NCBI RefSeq assembly: GCF_000195975.1
Contig: NC_005070.1
Coordinates: forward strand, 1,620,001 to 1,652,000
DNA length: 32,000 bases
DNA from: Parasynechococcus marenigrum WH 8102
GTDB lineage: Bacteria; Cyanobacteriota; Cyanobacteriia; PCC-6307; Cyanobiaceae
Reading direction: 5' to 3'
In this document: piece after piece, positions 27,135-32,000 of the stretch
Layout of the letters: every line of letters begins with the position of its first letter
Position numbering within the stretch: the first letter of the stretch is position 1
Position numbers and translations under genes: made by a program
The notes under the pieces: generated by a model
Database searches by the model: none
What the model saw: only the letters and a program-made list of their open reading frames with translations
Told to the model about the DNA's origin: nothing

Positions 27135-28874
27135 TCAGTGAGCCTCCTGAAGCGGGGGGGCGAGGGTGGAACCGACCACCTCGGCCGGGGCCGTCTGGTT
27201 GCGATCCCGAACGGTGAGGCAAGTGTGGAGCAGGCCCTGGTTCACAAGCTCGCCGTAGCGATCTGCGATGGCCTGATTCACCCGCTGACAATCGGCAATC
27301 GCCCGCTCCCGGGCACCGGGAACACGGCCTGAATAGTCGAAGCGAACGACCACCGGGATCGGCAGATCGCGGGACACATTCAGACCCTTGAAGATCTTGA
27401 CCCCGACATCGAGATCAGGAGCACCCTCTTCAACGGTGTCCAAATGGGCGAAATAGGTGAGATTGCGAAGGTGAACCTCCTTGAAGCCGATTCCGACACC
27501 GATGAAACGCTCAGCGTGGCCTGCATCGGGATACGGAGCTCCGTGCAAATCCTGCACGTAATCAATCTGAGAGCAGTTGTTGGCGATCAAGCGGGTCAGA
27601 AATGCCACCATGCCGGGCTCCATGGGGCCCGATGCTCCGGCCTCGATCGCCTCGGCGATCTGCGCCATGGCTTGATCCGCCGTCATCGACGCCGTCGCGG
27701 CATGGAGTTCACGGGCACAAAGCCACTGATCGAGCACCATCTCGCTGTCCCGAGACGGGGGATGGACCCGAATCGCGTCGGTGTCGGTGTCAAGGCCGAT
27801 CAACAACAGATCCACGGACGCTCCGCAGCAGAAACTGTTTTCCACCGCTTCACGGAAATCGAGCAGCCGCTGGTGGCCAGCGGCTGCTGCAAGTTCATCG
27901 TTGCTGCCATGGGCAGCGCAGCCCTGGTGCTGAGGGTCGAGGGAACTGAAGTGGTATGTCACCACCTTCAGGTACCGGGTCGGCTCCGTGGAGGGATTCG
28001 GCATTCCCTCGCGGTGGCGCCGGTGCTCAGTCTTCACCCAGCGGTTGACGGTGTTTTCCACATCGAACATCGCGCCTGCGTGGGAACGGCGGCGCACCGC
28101 ACTGAAGGGAATGCGCAAGGCGTAGGCCACGGTGTGGGCCAGGCGGCCATCGGCGCAAGGACTCACATCGAGCAGATGGATGCCGCAATCGAGCAGAAAT
28201 TGCTCGAAATCCCTGGCGGCGACACTGCCCGCGGCCCCATCAAGCGGGTCGTCCTGGAAAAAACGATCACTGAACAACCGATGGCTTTCAAACACGCACC
28301 AGGCGAACAGCGCCCGCATGTCGAGGGGGCGCACCCAGGCCCTCTCGAGGATGTGCTGGGGGAGGTCGAATCCCAACTCAGCGCGTGTAAGTCGCTGCGC
28401 CTGCTCAATGAAATCAGGCTCGTGCTGGAGCGCTGAAACCCGTTGCAGCAGGGGAACAATGCGATCGAATCGCCCCTTCACCTCTTGCTCGTAGGCGCGC
28501 AGCCGTGCATTGGCAGCGGTATCGGTGAGGGGGTGCTGCCGATTGGTGATCGGCAGGGATGAGCGACTCAGGTTGAACGGCACCCCGGAGGTTGCACCCT
28601 TGTCGCGACGGACCCAACCCGGTTGGCGTTGATCGCGGGCGGACCGGACCCGACCCCCACCGACGGAACCCTGAACCAACGTGGCTGCTTTACCGTCTGT
28701 GGTGAGTGCACGACGCCGCTGCAGGGCAGCATCACGGGTCGACGAGACGACCGCTTCAGAAGCGCTGGGCTGGTTCTGAGATTCAGCTGCAAAAACAGTG
28801 TTCTGAAGCTGCCAGCGGGTTGGTGCCGTGGGGGCCTGAGGTCGCCCGCCGCGGAGAGGCATGGAGCGAACCAT
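27135..28874 (-). CDS. csoS3: Carboxysome shell carbonic anhydrase CsoSCA (CsoS3), 579 aa
   Basis: The size, the position between csoS2 and csoS4A and the sequence (HPLTDTAANARLRAYEQEVKGRFDRIVP..; CADGRLAH..; HFSSLDPQHQGCAAHGS) fit CsoSCA. The start is ATG 28874 or ATG 28862. Confidence 0.9.
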   Translation of the reverse strand: MVRSMPLRGGRPQAPTAPTRWQLQNTVFAAESQNQPSASEAVVSSTRDAALQRRRALTTDGKAATLVQGSVGGGRVRSARDQRQPGWVRRDKGATSGVPFNLSRSSLPITNRQHPLTDTAANARLRAYEQEVKGRFDRIVPLLQRVSALQHEPDFIEQAQRLTRAELGFDLPQHILERAWVRPLDMRALFAWCVFESHRLFSDRFFQDDPLDGAAGSVAARDFEQFLLDCGIHLLDVSPCADGRLAHTVAYALRIPFSAVRRRSHAGAMFDVENTVNRWVKTEHRRHREGMPNPSTEPTRYLKVVTYHFSSLDPQHQGCAAHGSNDELAAAAGHQRLLDFREAVENSFCCGASVDLLLIGLDTDTDAIRVHPPSRDSEMVLDQWLCARELHAATASMTADQAMAQIAEAIEAGASGPMEPGMVAFLTRLIANNCSQIDYVQDLHGAPYPDAGHAERFIGVGIGFKEVHLRNLTYFAHLDTVEEGAPDLDVGVKIFKGLNVSRDLPIPVVVRFDYSGRVPGARERAIADCQRVNQAIADRYGELVNQGLLHTCLTVRDRNQTAPAEVVGSTLAPPLQEAH

Positions 28875-28881
28875 CAGCGGA

Positions 28882-31224
28882 TCAGCCCCTTGCGCCGCCA
28901 GAGACGGTAATCAGGGAACCCTTTTCGGTGTTGCCGCTGGAACCGGTCACACGGCTGACGGGCCACTCGTTCTCTTCATTGCGCTTGCGCTCGTGAGGAA
29001 CCGTGGCACTCATCGGGCCCGGACGCGTGGGGTTACGACGACGGGCGGACACACCCTCAGTTCCGGTGACGTGCTCACCACGGTCCCAGTCGTCACCTGT
29101 AATTTTGGTGGAGGAACCCTCCCCGGTGACCCGGGAGGCGGGCTGTTCAGCCGGTTCGCTCACCACCGCCACGGTGGGTTGGAACTGACGACGTTGGAAT
29201 TCACGGTTATCGAAACGAAACTGCTCGGTGCCGGTGACCTTGCCACCGGCCAGATCAAAAGGGCCGGTGATGCGGTTGCCCTGCTCGTAGGAGGTACCGG
29301 TGACAGCACCCTGGTCATCGCGCTGCTGCTGAGCGGCACGGGCGGGAGACATCACACTGAAGCGTGTCCAGGCAGCACCTTCAGGGGCTTGGCCATGGCT
29401 GTCGGTGCCCGCTGGAGCCTCGTTGCCACAGGCCGTGGCGAGCTGGTCTGCACCTACATAGGGGGTGCCGGTGACGGCTTCACAGGCTCCCTTCTCATCA
29501 CCCGTCATCACACCACCCACACCGGGCTGGATGCCGGTCATGGCAGCAGAAGGCGTACCAAGACGCACAGGAGTGCGTTCGCGAATGGCCTGAACAGCCG
29601 AAGTTCCGCAGTGCTGGCCAGCATTTTCGAGTCCGGCATAGGGGGTGCCAGTGACGGCCTTACAGGTGCCTGGTTCATCGCCTGTGACTCGCTCGGAGCG
29701 ACCCGTGCGGGTGCCACTCACCACCTGATTGCGGTTGGTGATGCTGAATCCGACCTTGGCGGCTTCAGGCTCAGGTTTGCTACCGCAGAAGGCATTGACC
29801 TGTTCAGCGCTGATGTATTGATCGCCGGTGACGCGATGGCAAGAACCAAACTCATTACCGGTCACCTGGGAGGAGCGACCCACCAAGGTTCCTGTTACAC
29901 CCGTCCCAGAGAGGGTTCCCGATTGGCCAACCTTGGCGGCAGGGCGCCCGTCGGGGAGGGGATCTGACCCGAGATATTGATCACCGGTGAGGCTGCGGCC
30001 AGCCCCGGCTTCATCGCCGGTGACGCTGGAGGAACGACCCACCATCACGCCGCTGACAGGACGACCCTGCTGCGTGAGGCTGTGACCCACCTTGCGCTGT
30101 GACACCTGCGAGCTGCCGCAATAGGCAGCGGACTGGTTAGCAGAAATGTATTCAGTACCCGTCACGCTCTTGCAGGTGCCGGGCTCGTCCCCGGTGACCT
30201 TTTCGGAACGGCCGACTTCATTGCCGGTGACGCGGTTGCCGTGGCTAGTGGCGGTGACGCGAACCTTGGCGGGAGTGGTGGGCTCAGGTGCCTGCTGGCA
30301 GAACGTTTGGAACACTTCGGCACCCAGGTATTCGGTGCCAGTAATCGATCGGCAGGTGCTGGCCTCATTGCCAGTGGTTTTTACCGAACGGTTGGCCTGA
30401 GTACCGGTCACGGTCTGGCCGGTACTCGTGGTGCTTTCTCCCACTTTCCAGTGGGCATCAGCTGCAGCAGCCTGCTTGGCGCCGTGGCGGTTGGGACCGG
30501 TTGGGCGGGTTGCACCAGCGCTTTGCTTGTTGCGGGCACCAGCCTTGGTGCGCAGCTCACGCACCTGCTGAGCCAGCTCGCGGCTGGTGAGATCAGGGTT
30601 GGCTTGACGGGCGACAGCAGCAGCACTGGTGGGTTGCTTACCAGCGGTTTTGCCGTGTTTCGCCATCGCTTCGCGACGGGCCAACACCAGCGCACGGCTG
30701 GGGTTCTCGATGGCACGGCGCTTGGGCGCTGCACTGCGACGGTCGGAACGGGGCTTAAGAGAAGTGGTAGGGGCACTCAGTTGAACCTTTCCAGCAGCGC
30801 GCTTTCCACCACATCCACAGGTTTTTTGCTCCTCAGCCGATGCTGCAACAGGAGCAGCAGCCTGGGTTTGGCGAGCGACATCAGCGCGGTTACGGTCGCG
30901 GCTGGTGTCTGCGGTCTTGCCGCGGCGGGACAGGGCATCACGGCGAGCCAGCACCAGGTCCCTGCTGGGATGACGCTGAGGCTTCACATGAGAACTACTG
31001 GAGGGGGAAGCCGGAGTGAACGACACTGTTGGTTTCACGGGAGCGGAGACAGCTGGAGCCGTGGGCTCAACAGCGGCTGCAGCGTCCGTGCGGGTGGGAC
31101 GTACGTCGGAGGCAGTGCGCACGCGATTGGCACCATCTCCTGCAGCCACAGAGGACTTCTTACCAGAGGTTGTCAGCGCCTTGCGGCGCTCAAGTGCGAG
31201 TTCGCGACTAGAAAGTCTTGCCAT
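28882..31224 (-). CDS. csoS2: Carboxysome scaffold protein CsoS2, 780 aa
   Basis: The N-domain has four repeats of S-R-x-L-x-L-x-R-R-x-A-(L/M)-x3-GK (aa 5-24, 86-105, 175-194, 213-232). The middle region has repeated ..C..(V/I)TG(T/D).Y.. / VTG(N/D)E motifs. The C-terminal region has VTGT/ITG repeats. It sits between cbbS and csoS3. Confidence 0.95.
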   Translation of the reverse strand: MARLSSRELALERRKALTTSGKKSSVAAGDGANRVRTASDVRPTRTDAAAAVEPTAPAVSAPVKPTVSFTPASPSSSSHVKPQRHPSRDLVLARRDALSRRGKTADTSRDRNRADVARQTQAAAPVAASAEEQKTCGCGGKRAAGKVQLSAPTTSLKPRSDRRSAAPKRRAIENPSRALVLARREAMAKHGKTAGKQPTSAAAVARQANPDLTSRELAQQVRELRTKAGARNKQSAGATRPTGPNRHGAKQAAAADAHWKVGESTTSTGQTVTGTQANRSVKTTGNEASTCRSITGTEYLGAEVFQTFCQQAPEPTTPAKVRVTATSHGNRVTGNEVGRSEKVTGDEPGTCKSVTGTEYISANQSAAYCGSSQVSQRKVGHSLTQQGRPVSGVMVGRSSSVTGDEAGAGRSLTGDQYLGSDPLPDGRPAAKVGQSGTLSGTGVTGTLVGRSSQVTGNEFGSCHRVTGDQYISAEQVNAFCGSKPEPEAAKVGFSITNRNQVVSGTRTGRSERVTGDEPGTCKAVTGTPYAGLENAGQHCGTSAVQAIRERTPVRLGTPSAAMTGIQPGVGGVMTGDEKGACEAVTGTPYVGADQLATACGNEAPAGTDSHGQAPEGAAWTRFSVMSPARAAQQQRDDQGAVTGTSYEQGNRITGPFDLAGGKVTGTEQFRFDNREFQRRQFQPTVAVVSEPAEQPASRVTGEGSSTKITGDDWDRGEHVTGTEGVSARRRNPTRPGPMSATVPHERKRNEENEWPVSRVTGSSGNTEKGSLITVSGGARG

Positions 31225-31273
31225 GTCCGCCCGAGGGTGTCGTCGTGAGGTGGAAGGGCACCTGCCCCTCCGG

Positions 31274-31305
31274 AAAAAACTGGAGCCCTGATCAGGTCAG
31301 GGCTC
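31274..31305 (-). terminator. Intra-operon terminator-like hairpin between cbbS and csoS2
   Basis: The minus strand reads gagccctga-cctga-tcagggctc (perfect 9-bp stem, 5-nt loop), then cag and tttttt. It lies 21 nt after the cbbS stop. A second GC hairpin (ggaggggc-aggt-gcccttcc, 7/8 bp) lies just upstream of the csoS2 ATG. Confidence 0.6.
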
Positions 31306-31325
31306 GGAACCAAAGGTTCGAAGGA

Positions 31326-31667
31326 TCAGCGTCCTTCGAAAACCACGAAGCATGCACCCTGGCTCTGGGTGTAAGCGTCATAACCGACGATGCGCACGTG
31401 GTGGTCGGGGTATGCGCGGTGGCAAGCCTCGAGCTCACTGACGACAACGTTCAGATCCTTCTCACCGAAGAAGGGGAGCTTCCAATACGACCAGTAGGTG
31501 GCCATGGAGTTGCTGGGATGGACGTGCTCAACGAGCGGGCTCCAACCCTGGGCAATGATGTACGCGATCTGGTCGTAGATCTCGTCCTGGGTCATCGGCG
31601 GGAGGAAGCCGAAGGTCTCCAGGGTGGCGACTGTTTGGTAGTCACCCACGGTGCTCTGGAAAGGCAT
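31326..31667 (-). CDS. cbbS: Rubisco small subunit (form IA), 113 aa
   Basis: MPFQSTVGDYQTVATLETFGFLPPMTQDEIYDQIAYIIAQGWSPLVEH..YWSYWKLPFFGEKD is a typical CbbS/RbcS sequence. Confidence 0.95.
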   Translation of the reverse strand: MPFQSTVGDYQTVATLETFGFLPPMTQDEIYDQIAYIIAQGWSPLVEHVHPSNSMATYWSYWKLPFFGEKDLNVVVSELEACHRAYPDHHVRIVGYDAYTQSQGACFVVFEGR

Positions 31668-31685
31668 AGGGATCCTGGGTTTAAG

Positions 31686-31716
31686 AAAAAGGGTTGGCCG
31701 GTTACATCAACCGGCC
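31686..31716 (-). other. Hairpin in the cbbL-cbbS spacer
   Basis: The minus strand reads ggccggtt-gatgt-aaccggcc (perfect 8-bp stem), then aaccc and ttttt. The 5-nt gap before the U-run makes it a weak terminator at best; it may be an RNA-stability element. Confidence 0.35.
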
Positions 31717-31726
31717 GAAGAAACGA

Positions 31727-32000
31727 TCAGTTCTGAACGTCGAGCTTGTCGACGGTGTCGAACTCGAACTTGATCTCCTTCCAGGTCTCGAGAGCGATGG
31801 CCAGCTCAGGGCTGTGCTTACCGGCTTCCATGAGGATGTCCCGGCTTTCCTTCTCGATCTCGCGACCGGCATTGCGTGCCTTGACGCAGGCCTCGAGGGC
31901 CACACGGTTGGCAGCAGCACCTGCAGCGGAGCCCCAGGGGTGACCGTGGGTACCACCACCGAACTGCAGCACGGAGTCGTCACCGAAGATGGCGACAAGT
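31727..32000 (-). CDS. cbbL: Rubisco large subunit (form IA), C-terminal ~91 codons; the N-terminus runs off the right edge
   Basis: The reading frame is open to the window edge: ..[90 protein letters not shown]. Confidence 0.95.
   Translation of the reverse strand, partial: LVAIFGDDSVLQFGGGTHGHPWGSAAGAAANRVALEACVKARNAGREIEKESRDILMEAGKHSPELAIALETWKEIKFEFDTVDKLDVQN

Noticed and set aside
4744-27291. N-terminal extensions in the ORF track: aminotransferase 453 aa, yidD 139 aa, rpsD 216 aa, maf 313 aa, csoS4A 159 aa, the 2Fe-2S ORF 154 aa, and DUF4079 262 aa
   Set aside because: The longest-ORF starts run into neighbouring genes or add non-homologous Arg/Pro-rich leaders. Internal starts give canonical N-termini (for example MARYRGPRL for S4 and MLIVKVIKPL for CsoS4A).
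28882-31224. Programmed -1 ribosomal frameshift in csoS2 (known for some proteobacterial csoS2 genes)
   Set aside because: I found no in-register X-XXY-YYZ heptamer by eye. The only A6 run (caaaaaacc, complement of about 30822-30830, codons CAA-AAA-ACC) is out of register and lies in the N-domain, far from the M/C boundary where the known site lies.
28861-31248. Two very long plus-strand ORFs (368 aa at 28861-29967 and 335 aa at 30241-31248) opposite csoS2
   Set aside because: They are antisense to an unambiguous CsoS2 reading frame. The repetitive GTx-ACC-GGx (VTG) codons and high GC suppress stops on the opposite strand. The translations are low-complexity Gly/Thr/Arg strings with no motifs.

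Overview
This 32-kb window looks like chromosome from a marine alpha-cyanobacterium of the Synechococcus type. That call rests on gene content and high G+C, not on any database search.

The left two thirds hold housekeeping genes: lepA, an SMR exporter, mqo, nfu, a class-V aminotransferase, murE, yidD, rpsD, an MscS-family channel, maf, cobQ, a small 2Fe-2S protein and a ClC-like channel. Two visibly AT-richer patches interrupt them, at about 7.78-9.29 kb and 10.64-12.3 kb, followed by a mixed, ORF-poor stretch to about 14.34 kb. These patches carry accessory or orphan genes:
- a RodZ-C/DUF4115-like membrane protein plus a 68-aa paralogue of its N-domain
- a DesA-type membrane desaturase
- a second DUF4079 copy
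- several small ORFs and terminator-like hairpins

The right third (20.2-32.0 kb, all on the minus strand) is the CO2-concentrating super-locus: cbbL (partial), cbbS, csoS2, csoS3, csoS4A, csoS4B, csoS1E, ndhF4, ndhD4, chpX, acRAF, cbbX.

I recognised no tRNA, rRNA, CRISPR array, transposase or integrase, and I did not find a convincing wholly new multi-gene system. The most checkable oddities are:
1. A 1.6-kb AT-rich insert bracketed by a 23/24-nt direct repeat that duplicates the 3' end of the DUF836 gene.
2. An ORF-poor 0.5-kb stretch with two opposite-strand intrinsic terminators, a 14-nt box present twice, and a 32-codon membrane-peptide ORF with a good RBS.
3. Disordered Pro/Thr/Ala/Arg-rich extensions on the shell proteins CsoS1E and CsoS4A.
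4. A DUF4079 paralogue with four invariant His directly downstream of the island-borne desaturase.
5. A frameshifted GGCT-like gene remnant.

All family assignments come from motifs read by eye. Start codons are often ambiguous, because the ORF track uses ATG/GTG/TTG and the longest possible extension.
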